Assembly (NCBI GenBank): GCA_035084275.1
Contig: CM068742.1
Location: forward strand, 77,934,001 to 77,998,000
Source: Hydrolagus colliei
Taxonomy: Eukaryota
Length of the DNA: 64,000 bases
Reading direction: 5' to 3'
Numbering within the stretch: the stretch's first letter is position 1; each line of letters opens with the position of its first letter. The translations under genes were made by a program, and so were the position numbers. The notes beneath the pieces were generated by a model, which made no database searches, was not told where the DNA came from, and was given only the letters and a program-made list of their open reading frames with translations. Below, one piece after another: positions 14,316 to 27,716 of the stretch.

Positions 14316-14472
14316 TCAGCCAGGTGCCTGATACATGCAGAAACACACCACAGTGTTTAAGAGTATTCAAACCAGACATGTAATTGTATATGTTTATGAC
14401 CCATACACATGGAAATTTCCCTGTGTTCACCAACCTAGTGGAATAACAAAAGTGGGAAGTGCCCAAATTTAG
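14316..14472 (+). repeat. Unclassified dispersed repeat, copy 2 (partial, cut by an L2)
   Basis: cctgatacatgcagaaac ... taagagtattcaaaccagac ... tacacatggaaat. Confidence 0.55.
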
Positions 14473-14479
14473 TTGTAAG

Positions 14480-15200
14480 CAACAACAACAACAACAAAAT
14501 TGCACTGTATAGCGCCTTTCATGTCAGGAGGACATCCCAAAGCACTGAACAGTCAGATCGGGACCTGAGTGGTGGGGAGAGTAGGGGGAAGGGGAAGGAG
14601 AGTGGGAGTGGTGGAAGAGTTAGTGAGCCAGCCGAAGGCGCGGTCAAAGAGGAAGGTCTTGAGACCGGCCTTGAAAGAGGAAAGGAAGGAAGCAAGGCAG
14701 AGGGACTGTGGGATGGAGTTCTACAGTATGGGAGCAGACCAGCTGAAAGCCCGGCCGCCGATGGTTGGGCGGTTAGGGCGGTGGACGCGGAGCAGACCTG
14801 AGTCTGCTGAACGGAGGGGACGGGCGGGCTGATAGGGAGACAGTAGGTCAGAGAGATAGGTGGGGGCAAGGCCATGAGTGGCCTTGAAAGTGAGAACAAG
14901 GATCTTGAATTCGATCCTCTGGGTGACGTGGAGCCAATGGAGACGGGCGAGGGTGGGAGTGATGTGGTCGCAAAGCCTGGTGCGGGAGAGTACACGAGCT
15001 GCAGAGTTCTGAATGATCTCCAGCCTGTGAAGGGAGGAGCTGGAGAGGTCAACGAGGAGAGAGTTCCCGTAGTCGAGCCTGGAAGTGATAAAGGCATTGA
15101 TGAGAGTTTCTGCGGCGTGGGGAGGTGAGGTAGTGGCAGAGTCTGGCAATATTACGGAGGTGATGGAAAGCCGTGCCCATCATGGAGCGGATGTGGGGGT
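14480..15200 (-). mobile_element. L2 3' fragment, relatively young
   Basis: ORF 14721..15149 has [40 protein letters not shown]; (GTT)n tail. Confidence 0.9.
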
Positions 15201-15758
15201 GCAAGCTACCATTGCACAGGGAAGAGGGATTATCTTAAGTTTATATAGGGTGGTTTTACACATTTCTGCATTCTAGCAGATTTTTTACATAAAAGACTTT
15301 CAAACTTCTCATCAACAGAATGAGGTAATTCTCCCATTGGAGTTTCATATGTGTTCAGAGAAACCTCATGCGGTTTGAACCCACAGCCTTCTGACTCAGA
15401 GTCAGGGCTGAGCCAGGCTGACAGGCAATAGATTCAAATAAACTGACTTACAAGAAACAAGAATACGTACCCAATTGAATATGAGTTCACTCATTACCAA
15501 AATATTCTTGATTTTAATAAGATTTTTTTTAACTTCCCGGGTAACCATTTTGTATCACAATTCAAAATCTAGCATGGTCTGCAACACTGTAATAACAATT
15601 CTTGCAATTGGTAAAGTGCCTTATCACGTCATTGAGACGTTGCAAAGTGCTTTAGAAGATATACTGTAAAGTATCTGTGTATAATGGCTTATTATTCATG
15701 GAGAAATTCTTGCTTCCTCCATGCTAGCTAGTGACCATGTCTTGTAGGTAAACTCACT

Positions 15759-15925
15759 ACAACAACAAAATTACATTTGTATAGCGCCTTTCACATTGGG
15801 AGGACGTCCCAAAGTGCTGGACAGTAATCAGATCTGAGCTGGAATTGGGGATTGGGGATTGGGGAGTGTGGAGTGAAGAAGGTTGATTGAAAGCACGGTT
15901 AAACACGAGGGCCTTTACGTGGGCC
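15759..15925 (-). mobile_element. L2 3' end
   Basis: Stem-loop tail and (GTT)n. Confidence 0.7.
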
Positions 15926-16542
15926 CTCCTCGCCACTAACACAAACTCGTATTACCACAAGCCCCGTCAATAATATATTCCACTCAGCTCTGCAATGGAG
16001 GACAGGATGCTCTTTTATTAGATGTAAGTTGTTTGCAATTTGTCGTGTTTTAATTCCATTTTTGTAGGTTGAGAAAATACCTGAAAAAACAACAATTCTT
16101 GCTTAACGTGAACCTGTCTGTTTATGCACCTTAACATAATAGCTAAAATTAGTGAGCTGAATAATGTCAGCTTTTTATTGCATTCTTTCTAATAACCAAT
16201 AACCATTAAAACACAAATACACCAATGGTATACAATATTTAACATGAAATATCATTGTATTGAATTAAACTTAGAGGTATCTGGTATTGGAAGAACATCA
16301 CAGTACAGTGAAATCTTCAGGTTCAGAAATTTGTGTATCATAGGCTTATAATGTGATAGTCTAGGCTGCTTTTTCAGTGCGGGGCTGTGAAAGTGCTGTA
16401 TTGTTGTCTTTCAGGCAAGACGTTAGATCAAGCTTCCATCTAATGTCTGCTTGTTCAAGTAGATGATGTTAACAACCTCACAGCAAGAAGGAAGTTTTTG
16501 AAAATTGTATTTTCAAAATGAGAAGGAAGCTTCTCCCAGTAT

Positions 16543-17255
16543 ACAACAACAACAAAATTACATTTGTATAGCGCCTTTCATGTCAGGAGGACATCAAGGC
16601 ACTGGATAGTCGGTATTTGTGACCCTAGCTGGAGTTGGGATTGGGGAGGGTAGAGGGAAGGAAGGGATGGGACTGTTGTGGAAGAGGATCTTGAGGTGGG
16701 ACTTGAAGTCGTCCAGGGAGTGGGGTGATGGCGGGTTTGCAGGATGGAATTCCGGAGGCTGGGGGCAGAGTAGCTGAAGGCTTGACTACCAATGATGGGT
16801 CGGGGGACATGGAGCAGACCGGAGCCCACTGAGTGGATGGAGTTGACCTGTTGGTAGGGGGTTAGGAGGTCACAGAGGTAGAGTGGTATAAGTCCATGAA
16901 TGGCTTTAAAGGTGAGGACCAGGATCGTGAATTGAATCCTCTGAAAAATGGGGAGCCAATGGAGTCGGAAGAGAACAGTAGAGATGGGGTCATGAAGCTT
17001 GTTGAGGAAGAGGACACGGCTACAGAGTTCTAGATAATCTGCAGCCTATTGAGGGAGGAATTGGGAAGGCCAACAAGCAGGTCATTGTCATAATCGAGCC
17101 TAGACCTGATGAAGGCATGATGAGAGTTTCAGCGGCCTGAGGGATGAGGTAAAGGCGAAGTCCGGCAATGTTTCGATGGTGAGAGAAGGCAGAGCGAGTC
17201 ATGGCTTGGATGTGGGGGAAGGAAAGACAGTTGAGGATTGAACAAAACTTTGGCT
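16543..17255 (-). mobile_element. L2 3' fragment
   Basis: Collinear with 14480-15200, same tail. Confidence 0.85.
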
Positions 17256-18809
17256 TGGTGAGGTGAAGTTTGCAACTTGGAGGTTGATGATATACTGGTC
17301 ATCAAACCTCTAGATTTATTGATCTCTTGTTTCATGGTTGTTTGTGGGGCATTGTTGTGTGCAGAGAGCCTTCTTCAGTTTTCTGGCCAAGTCAGTGGAA
17401 GCAAACGAGGATGGGGCATTTGGGCTCACAGAGTCCAGTGCAGGCAAGGATTTGGGTTGAAGATTTCTGGATGGTCTGGAGCATGTGACACATGCAGAGG
17501 TAGTTAATACCTGTCACATTATATGCAACATGTCGACCCACAGTTTATGCCCAGCAAAAAGGATTGCAGCATAACAAATTTACTGTCACTTCCAATGCTT
17601 CATTTACTTACACTGAAACCGAAGTAAAATTGAAATGATACTAGTTTTGGTCAAATTTGGAAAGAATCCTCACTTACAATTTGAAGCTTTAAATTTTGGA
17701 TTAGCTTCCTGCTAATTTAGCCATTTGTAAGAAACAAATGATCGGACTAATGCAACTGCTATTAGTATTTGGAAATGATAATACTATCCAGTTATTTTTT
17801 AATAGCTTGGCTTCTTTCATTATGTCCCTGCTAAACCCGTGAGTCCTATTCCATGAGTTGACTAACAATAAATGCGTTAAGCCGAATGCAAACGTCGTAA
17901 ATTTGTTCGAATGCATCCACGGTCACTTAGTAATTTATTGAGAAGTTACAAAATAGCATCTATACGCCATTGGCAATTGTGGTGCATAAATTAGATGACA
18001 AGTTGGGTGGAGGTCATGTAACTGAAAGTTACCCACTTGATCATCTTCCTATTAAGACGTGCAAATCATCTCATATGACTAACGTCCCCACCCCTCAAAT
18101 TGGCCTAAGATTGCATTAGATAATAAAATTAGCATTTCAATTATATTCAGCCAGATTGGTCTCATTCGGTACACTTCCAAAATAATAATAGAAAATCAAT
18201 TAGAGCCTGTTATTGTATTTCCAGCACCATTGGTTTGCAGAGAATGAATCAGGCATTAAAGAATGCCTGTGTGTTGAGTTCCTGACCAACTCAAAGAGCG
18301 ATTTACCGACTTGTGCAATCTGGTCCAAGCAACTGGATAATTATGTTGGGGCCAATGAACTAGTCTTATCACACAATATATTGTGTGAAATACCTTTCCC
18401 GTAAAGTGCAAATGTTAACACTGACGAGACATTCTTCATTATCCTTTCATCATGGGAGCTTCACATTTTTTAAGTGTGTAATGTCAATCAGATTTAATAT
18501 GGGATGAGTTGAGCTATTGATCTCACTGATTCACTGGGTCATCATTTTTTGTTTGTCACCCACCTTGTCTCAGTACATGGGAGGGCAGATAATAGCTCAG
18601 GAAGCTAAGGGCGAGTGATGCCATTGATCCATCCCCTCAACACTATCTGTGATGCGTGATGTGTTATGTATGGCTATACTTAGTACAGACGCCCACACTG
18701 CAGTGCAAATATTTGACCTGCATCCTTATCAACCAGAATAGTATTTGTTGTGTGGCACATCTTTCTTGATTGGCATTATTTCTTAAATAATCCACCAATA
18801 TGTAGTACT

Positions 18810-19200
18810 AATAATAATTGTATACTGTGTTTTTTCATGTCCAGAGGATGTCTCAAAGTCCTTCACAGGATATACTGAAAAGTGTAATTACTTGTATTTT
18901 GTATTTAAATGGGCAGCCAATTTGCACATAGCAATGTCTGGCAAACAACCAGGAGCTGAATGATAACAATAATAATCCTTGCAGTTGATATAGGGGTTTT
19001 CATGTCTTCTACAAATGATCAATTTTACCTGGGAGAAGTCAGCAAGGAACCTGGAAGAAGGCATCCTTTTTTCAAATAGTAAGAAAGGATATTTAATGTG
19101 CACCTGGACAGATGGATGGGACTTCAGTTTAACATCATATCCGAAGGTTGTCACGTCCAACAATGTAACGCACCCAGCAAGTACTGGAGTATGAGTATGC
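18810..19200 (-). mobile_element. Old Deu-domain-type SINE with an internal second tail
   Basis: gcagccaatttgcaca, cagtttaacatcatatccgaag, extra tail at ~18965-19010. Confidence 0.6.
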
Positions 19201-19489
19201 CCACATAATATACAGTCACTCCACTTTGCAGTATATTTTTGGGAATGATTAGGTGGCACAAAATTGTAGGCATTTAAGATGTTTCATTGTTGGATAGTGT
19301 TACACGGAAGTTACTTGGACTTTGATTTGCTCCACTGTGTTAAGTGAACATTGTGGATAATTACATAGAAACGTTTAATTACATTATATATCCCAAACAT
19401 TGTAATATTAATGGTAAGATCAAAACTCTTATGCAGAGTTATAAACTATATTTCAGTTATCGTTTGCTTCCATTTTATTCTGTAGTTAA

Positions 19490-20452
19490 CATGGGGTCAA
19501 CTTCCACATGTACACAGATGACACCCAACTCTCTCTCTCCGCCTCCACCTTCAATTCCAGGAAAACTGATGTCTCTGCCCTGAATGAGATCCAACTTTCT
19601 ACAGCTGAATATCAACAAGACTAAGGCCCCCCTAATTGGTTCGCTCAATGCCTCCGTATCTCAGGCACTGGCAACATCACCATCCATGGATGCACACTCC
19701 ACATCACCAAGCCAGTTAGGAACTTAGATGTCTTGCTCAACCCCCAACTGTTGTTTCTCTCACATAATCATGCCATGACCTGCTCTGCCTTTCCCCATCT
19801 GGGAAACATTGCCCCACTCTGCCACTGTCTCACTGCTCACTGGTCGCCCAAACTCTCATAGATGCATTTATCACCTCAAGTCACGACTACGGAAACTCCT
19901 TCCTTGTCAACCATCTGAAATTTTCCTTCCGCAAGCTGCATTACATTCAAAACACAGCAGCTCGTGTCCTCTCCTGCACCAGGCTCTGTAACCCCATCAC
20001 TCTCACCCTTGGCCAGCTCTGCTGGCTCCTCATCCCTCAGAGGATATAATTAAAAATTCTCATCCTCATTTTCAAGTCCCTCCATGGCTTTGACCCTCCT
20101 ATGTCTCTGATATGCTGTCGCCCTATCAACCTGTTAGCTTCCTCCATTTAGCAGACTCCAGCCTGCTCCATGTCTCCCGCCCGACTCACCCTACCATTGA
20201 CCGGGCTTTCAGCCTCTCCGCCCCCAATGTTTGGAACTTCATCTGACAATCTTTTCGCCTTCCTACTTCCTTTGCTTCCTTCAAGGCATGAACCAAGACT
20301 CTCATTTCAACCATGCCTTCAGTCGCCCTTCTACCCTTCTTTCTTGGGTCCTTATCCTTGACTGATCCTGATCCCAAGATCCGCAACTGTGAAGCGCTCT
20401 GAGACGCCATCCGGCGTGGAGGGCATTATATAAATTGAACTTGTTGTTGTTG
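19490..20452 (+). mobile_element. 5'-truncated L2
   Basis: Begins at decayed FHMY.DDTQL, continues through LNINKT, SRLDY and QN.AAR blocks to the tail tgtgaagcgctctgagacgccatccggcgtgg...(GTT)n. Confidence 0.88.
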
Positions 20453-20634
20453 ACTGTTTAGCACCTTGGGATGTTCTCCCAACATGAAAGGCGCTCTATA
20501 AATATAATTTTGTTGTTGTTGTTAATTGTTTAATTGAACTTCATTAGTTTAATTGACTCAAAGCATTGATTAACTATTTTGTGGGTGTCACTATGTTTCC
20601 TTTTTTACAATTTCCATTTCTTGGATAATCTTGA

Positions 20635-20958
20635 GGAGCTCCTGTAGCTCAGTGGTTAAAGCATTCACCTTACAAGTGTGAGACCTGTGTTCGAATCCAG
20701 GCAGATCAGGTGAAAGCTTTAGCAAGTCTCCTTACTCCACATGCCTAATACTAATCCCTCCCAGAAAAAAAACACAATCATAAAAATTGGTCATTTACAA
20801 TCTATGACTGTTTGTGGGACACTGCTGTGTGCAATTGGTTCTGCATTTCGTCCACAAATATAAAGTCAATTCACTTTACAGTATATTCTATGAAGCGCTT
20901 TGAGACATCGATAAGATATAAAAAGCACTATATCAAATGCAAGGATTATTATTATTAT
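20635..20958 (+). mobile_element. Full-length tRNA-derived SINE (short subfamily)
   Basis: A box TAGCTCAGTGG, B box GTTCGAATCC, core, (ATT)n tail. Confidence 0.9.
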
Positions 20959-20989
20959 CTCTAATTTCCTCTGAAAAGATAGTATAGAT

Positions 20990-21250
20990 TCTGCCTTTAG
21001 GCAGGACATTCTATTTCCTAACAACCCTCTGTGTAAAAACAATTCCCCAACCTCACATTTTTAATTTAAATTTATACCCTCTAGTTACCGATCCACTGGA
21101 AATACTTTCTCCCTATTTACATTATCAAAACTGCCATCATGTGAAAAACCTCTATCAAGTCACCTCTCTACCCTTTCTGTTCTAGGGAAAACATCTCCAG
21201 TTCTATCAGTTTCTCATCATAAGTAGAAACCTCTCATCCTTGATATCCCT
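20990..21250 (-). mobile_element. Old CR1 ORF2 C-terminal fragment
   Basis: Collinear with 45420-45690 (acaaccctctgtgtaaaaac, tcacctctc...ttctgttctagggaaaac). Confidence 0.7.
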
Positions 21251-21427
21251 GATTATGGAGTGCAACTAAGCAGAAATCAGCCTTAACTTTAGTCAAGCAC
21301 TTGATTCTGAAATGTGCATCAATTGAGATCTTCATTTCACTGTACTTGCTTGATTATTGTACTTTATTTTTAGCCTTTTGAAGAAAATTCGGAATAATTT
21401 CATGCCGTCTACATTCATACTTGTCAT

Positions 21428-21660
21428 CAGCCTGGCTCAATTGGTACTACTGTCTTCTCTATGTCAGATATTTGTGATTTCAAGCTCCACATCAGGACTT
21501 TAATCTCACAGTCTAGGTTGAGACTCAAATTTAGTGCTGGGGTTGTAATGTATTATTCGCGGTGTCATCCATCGATGAGACATTAAACCAATGTTCTGGG
21601 CCCTTGGGTTGGTAGAAATTAAAGATCCTGTGGCACTATTTGAAAATATAAGGAAGTTAG
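21428..21660 (+). mobile_element. Old tRNA-headed Deu-domain-type SINE, 5' part
   Basis: tggctcaattggta head, gatgagacattaaacc and taaagatcctgtggcactattt core. Confidence 0.65.
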
Positions 21661-22653
21661 TTTATCCTATTTGTGAGACAATGATGCAACAATTGTCTTA
21701 AAAATACAAGGTAATTACAATAAATCCTTGAAGCAATATGCTCCTGACTCGAAAGGCATAATACCAAAACCAAATGTAGGGATGACAGCAGTGCAGTGAA
21801 ACAATGGAATCAAATTTGCTTTGTTTCTTAACTCATTCCTTGTGTTAAGTTAGCACATAGAACTAGTTACGAAATAGCACCAATATTAGTCCAGCAGCCT
21901 ACTGAAACCATCTCACAATGGTCTTAATAGATTATATCCAGGGAGAATTTGCCTCATCTCAAATACAATACACATCAAATTTATTTTGGAGCAGAACTGT
22001 TGTAATTTTTACAGCAAATTGTGAGAAGTTTTAACCTAAGCTTATGAGATAAATCTGTGATCAAATGTTCTGTTTGGTTCCCAATCTTATATTTACCACA
22101 GTGCCTCTTTCAATTATTATTTCTTTAATAGTGAGAAATGATAACTGTGTGTGGCTGTTTTATGCTAGAAACATGGGAATTCTAACATTACCGACAATCA
22201 GGAGAACGTATTCGATAATATCGCAAATCATTTAGGTCTACAATCTTATCTTGTCTGGAGGATGCAATCACAATGTGAATACACCACCATTCTCATCATA
22301 GAAAGTGCACATCGAGAAACAAAATTTTGGACTTTCTTTTATCAACTAAACATTTTAAAACACAACTTCCAGTAAACCATTGGCTGATCTATTGGCCTCT
22401 CAGGTTTTTTTTTACCTTTTAGATAAGATTTTAATTTAGCAATTTCGCCACACACATTTTATCATTTTCAGAATTGTGGTACATTTTATGAATGTGTTAT
22501 TATGTTCAGGTTCCACCTGCTTTATGATTCATGGTGGATGTAAAGGGACATTGTGACTTTGTTATTTCAAAGAAACACATAGTATTTTTTCGATTACCCT
22601 GGTTTTTGCCCCCATCTCAATCCTAATTTGCCCCTATTTTCAGCTATTTGGGT

Positions 22654-22875
22654 TCAGGCGGGGGACATGGAGCAGGCCAGAGTCTGCTGAATGGAAGGGA
22701 TGGGCGGGCTGATAGGGAGACAGCAGGTCAGAGAAATAAGCGGGGGCAAGGCCATGAATGGCCTTGAAAGTGAGGACGAGGATCTTGAATTCAATCCTCT
22801 GGGGGATGGGGTGCCAGTGGAGACAGGCGAGGGTGGGAGTGATGTGGTCGCGGAGCCTAGTGCAGGAGAATACAC
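22654..22875 (-). mobile_element. Internal L2 fragment
   Basis: Highly similar to 14775-14995. Confidence 0.85.
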
Positions 22876-23056
22876 TTCAAGATGTTTATTTTTACATGAA
22901 AGGCTCAATGTAAATACAAAATGCTTGTGTTATATTTAGTACTCCTCCAAATGTTAATTAAGTCTTGCATAAGCACTTTGAGATGTCTAGAAGATGTGAA
23001 CAGTGCTATATCACATACAAGGATTATTATTATTATTATTATAATATAAACTATGA

Positions 23057-23137
23057 TTTGCTCTTTTGAAAGAGCCGGCACAGACTCGATGGGCCAAATG
23101 GCCTCCTTTTGTGCTGTAAGATTCTATGATTCTATGA
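23057..23137 (+). mobile_element. CR1 extreme 3' end next to a SINE tail
   Basis: gaaagagccggcacagactcgatgggccaaatggcctcc...(ATTCTATG)2. Confidence 0.85.
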
Positions 23138-23562
23138 CCAGGCCACTTTATTATAGCACAATGCAATTTATATTTATACAGAGCCTTTCTCATCAGGAGG
23201 ATATCTCAAAGCGCTTTTGAAAAGATAACTTGGTCAAAGACATATATTTTGAGATAAGTCTTGAAGAAGGGGAGAGGGATGGAAGTTACGAGTTGGAGGG
23301 GATGTAGTTCAAAGAACAGAGACAGAGTATTCCTTGTTAGTGAGCATGTAATATTACTCAGCATTCTATTGGCTATGTAATCATTGGTTTTGTCATGGAG
23401 TTGAATCTCTTTCATTGGATGTTTAGTTTGTGCGACACCTATCTATAATGGTGTGGTTTATCTTATGAATATTAATAAAACTCAGTGGTTTATTCTAACA
23501 CCATTAATCATTTGCTCATTTTCAACAACAATTTCTAATTGCGCAGGATGATGTTCAACCAT

Positions 23563-23785
23563 TATAAGAACATAAGAATTAGGAGAAGGACATTTGGCCC
23601 TTTGAGCCTGCTCCGCCATTCAATAAGATCATGCCTGATCTTCTCACCTAACTCTGATTACCTGCTCTATCCCCATATCCCCTAATCCCTCAATTTTTCA
23701 AAAATCTATCAGTCTCAGCCTTGAAAATGTTCAAGGACTGAGCATCTACAGCCTTCCGGGGAAGTGAATTCCATAAATTATCTAT
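23563..23785 (-). mobile_element. CR1 3' end, second subfamily with (TTCTTATG)n tail
   Basis: ataagaacataagaa, ggccctttgagcctgctccgccattcaataagatcatg, ctatccccatatccc. Confidence 0.75.
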
Positions 23786-23799
23786 CATCATGTGGCTGC

Positions 23800-24168
23800 A
23801 TCACACTTTTGTTTAAATCCCTCCACTCCTCTGCACACCTCTACCTCTCTAACCTTCTCTCTCCTCACAGGAGTACCCGCTGCCTCCGCTCTACTGGGTC
23901 TGGCATCCTTGTCATCTCCCGAATCCTCCGCTCCAACATCGGTGGCCGTGCCTTCAGCCACTACACCCCAACACTCTGGAATTCCCTCCCTCAAACCCTT
24001 TGCATCACCCACTCCTTTTCCATTTTCAGGTCACGCCTGAAGACCTTCTATTCGGCCGCGTCTACGGTCACCTACCCCAGGCTCGGCCCCAGGCTCTGCT
24101 ATTGTGAAATGCTCTGAGACGCCGTCTGGCGTGGAGAGCGCTATGTAAATCCAAGTTGTTGTTGTTGT
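23800..24168 (+). mobile_element. L2 3' fragment
   Basis: LLFKSLH...YLSNLL...GGRAFS...LWNSLP...RLKT, tail with (GTT)n. Confidence 0.85.
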
Positions 24169-27100
24169 CATCATTACCAGCTCCTTGGCATGTCCTCCTG
24201 ATGTGAACGGTGCTCTACAAGTGTACTTTTGTTGTTTTTCTTGTTCATGCAGCATACAAAGTGGAGATTGCAACTGGACCTATAGTACATTGGAGGAACC
24301 TATTTTATTCAGAAGTGCAACGCATTATTACTTGACCTTCAAATAATTTTCTTGTTATTGTTTGTCTTTCAGTCAGAAAGAAAACATGTTCTCTAGAGGT
24401 TTACTCATCTTCGCTTCGCAGTGTTTTGTTGTTGTTCTCACTGATGCAGAACTACAGAAGCACACATGCATTTCAATACTGCTATTATCACCATTTCATT
24501 TTAAAAGGCCAGTGGTCACCAGCACAATTGTGGCAACAGCAACATCACTGGAAATATTTTCCCTTTCCTCTGCCTGCACTCTTATTACACTATTTCACAG
24601 GTATCAATAGCTCTCCAATACATAAGTGATCATTCCTGATGCGTGAGCCTGTAGAAGGGACACTGCTAGTCTATTTGATTATGGGTCAATCCTGATTCTT
24701 CTCTTCACCTCATTTTCATAGTGACCAGGCATATAAAGTCTGGCTACTTGCTAGTCAGAGACTTATATATATCTCTATATAAAATATATGTATAATTTGA
24801 CCAGATTTACTGCTATCGAGACTGAAATAAGGTAAAACCAAGGATCAAAGGTTTTAACTGAGTTTACTTAACCAACTAAATGTATCTATTGCATTCATTT
24901 TCATCTCCCTTTCTCACGATAAACTAAAGGACCCTGGTCACAAATTTGAAAACCCAGATGGTTCATTTTCTCTCACACCACCACCAGTACAAAATCTACA
25001 GACACACATACATGTGTACATGACTATTTTGACGTAGTGTTCAGCAGAAATAATAATAAATTATAATTTAAAGTGGAAAGGATAGCCAGATTAGAAGGCT
25101 GTATTCTGCTACTACCATCAAGCTTACATCTATGGAAATGAATATTTAAACTAATCATCAGTGAGGCAGAAGGGATGCTCTGAACATAACTTGTTCAGAA
25201 TAGGTTCAAATGGCATGTTCTCAACACATTTTTGTTATCGTGTTGTATGCCATATTTCCTCCTCTTTTTTAAATCATACTCGTGACAGAGGAAATACTAT
25301 AAAATAAAATGGCCATGATTTACTGCTACTATTCTTACTTGGTGGTGAGCGAGCTATCACTGTCAAGATAGTTTGCAGTGGTCAGAGTTTTATTTTAATA
25401 AAGCTTCTAGGATTGATTGCTAGCATTATCTCCAACAATCTTGTCATTATGTTCAAGGAAGAAATCTTGAAGGCCTTTGTTTGTCCTGGATTATTCACCA
25501 TTTGCTGATCAAGAGAGCAGCAACAATCTCTTCCAAACACACTTGAACCAGCTGCGTGTGACCATACACCTTCCTCCACTGGCCTGTAATCTGCAGCAAG
25601 GGAAACATCAAGCAACCATTGCATGGGGAATTGGAAGCTTCCTCCCTCTCTTCCTCTCCACAACCTACAGTCCGGAACAATGCATTGTGCTGCTGTTACT
25701 GTGCCGCCTTCTCCAGCAATTCTAAACATTTTCATTAAAATCATTAAGGCGACATTTGGACGACTTATTATTTGTTAATAAAGAACAAGTCTCCTATCTC
25801 CAAGTGGCAAATTAATGCAATAATTGAGGTCAAAATGGTGCGGGCAGTTTTTCAGAATAAGGTCACAATAAAAATAATGATTGATGGCCAAAAGGAGTAA
25901 TTACAATGAAACAGTCATTGGTAAGGTCTCAGAAAGCAGCCCAACTTTGTACTCTACAGTCTGAATGCAATCATTTATAGTAAATTTTGTGAAGGGCTTT
26001 GGGGCACCCTCCTGTGAAAGATGTGTTGCTGAATGTAAGAATTATTAATAATCTAAGCAGCTACTGTAAGAGTTTTGAATCAACGTCTGCTGCTATGCAG
26101 CCAGTATTTTTTTTCAACAAATGAATCTGTAAATTCTTAGGTGGAGAATCTCTGTACATTTGACATATGTCAACTTATGAACATGATATGGGTATCGATT
26201 TATGCATCAATGTTTCAGAATCAGCCTCATTGAATGAGGGAAGTGTGAGTATTTCAAACCAAGGTATAAACAAATCTTCCTTGATTTGTTTTAAAGAAGT
26301 CAAATCTTTTCCCAGATGCCTTGCCTGGATTTTAAGATTTGGAAATGTAAATGTGCTCACAATGGGATGCTGTTATGTGTAATATGTTGAAATAAAAAAA
26401 AAAGGTTATAAATCAAACTTGTGTATAACAGAAAAGGCTATAATAGTATTGACCTGGTCTAGAGTAAATTGGAACTGGTAAAGATTGGATTCAAATTTAT
26501 ATTGGAGAATATAGCTCTGTAGAAAAGGTCATTTTTCAGTAAATCACTTTCCTTGTCGGCTTTGCCTACAGTAGCTTGGATTCAGCAATCTTTTAACCCA
26601 CTCCCTCCCATGCTCCGGCATTCCCTCTCCCATTGATCATGTGATCCATAGCGACACTCAAAAATTGGCATTCACAAAGTCAGCCGGCAAGTGCAGCAAG
26701 CAAATACCAAACAGCAGGTAGAAAACACTTAATGAAATAGTTCACAGATATAAAGAATTGAAATCTCTGAGATTCTATGAACAAAAAGTAGGCTAACAGT
26801 AGTTGAGTTCAATACGGTTGGTATTTGTTCCCTTACTTCATAGCATACTTCAGAGCTTGAGACAACAAGGGTTGGTGTGTTTCATAACAGCCTCTTTCTT
26901 TTACTGTAGTGGTGAAAGGTATCGTCAAAAGTGGATTCAACATTGCACAAGAGCCCAAAGCCTTGATTGACCTCAAAGCCCAAGTAGACCAGGAAACAAT
27001 GGGGACCATAGCTGAAGAATGCTACGATCAGTGACCTGCAGGATTCTAAGATGGGAGTTATTCACAAATGATACTGGTGTATGTGTATGCCTGTGTATAT

Positions 27101-27439
27101 GTATTTGTTTCTCATGTATTCGAGGAAGGCATTGTAGGAAAAAAAATTCTAGCACTTCATGCTATTGAAATATCCAGAATGCTTTTCAAGTACTGTAGTT
27201 AATATTATTAATAATAATTATACTGGTGCCCGATTAGAACACACCTTATTATAATTTTGTTTCCAGATGCCCACATAAACCAGATTAGCTTTGACATAGC
27301 AGTAACCTTGAATACTCAGACCAATGTCAACAACAACAACATCTTGCTCTCCACTCACGGTAAGTATTTTGGCAGCAGTTTTGAATGAGCTGGATTTTTT
27401 GAACAGAGGAGTAATCCAGGTGGGAGGTGACAAATGCAT

Positions 27440-27716
27440 GCACAAGGAATTAATTTCCTGTGTGCTAACACATGGGCAACTTTTGGGTCATCAGATAATT
27501 GCTGTGACATTAGTAATAGAGTTGTTCTGTTATTTTTTAAATAATGTCACGGGATCCATAATGTCCACCTGAGCAGGCAAACAGCTCTTCGTTTAGTGTC
27601 TCATTCAAGACAACATGTTCCGATTATGCAACTGGAGTGCCAGCCAGGTCCCAAAGTGGATCTTGAATGCATAACCTTCTGACCCAGAGGCAAGAGAGCT
27701 ACCAACTGAGCCAAGG
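27440..27716 (-). mobile_element. Old tRNA-headed Deu-domain-type SINE
   Basis: ccttctgacccagaggcaagagagctaccaactgagccaag is the reverse complement of a tRNA-like head. Confidence 0.7.

Noticed and set aside
20635-20705. tRNA-like sequences with A and B boxes (also 9202, 36056, 40517)
   Set aside because: They are SINE heads continuing into core and tail, with no complete cloverleaf.
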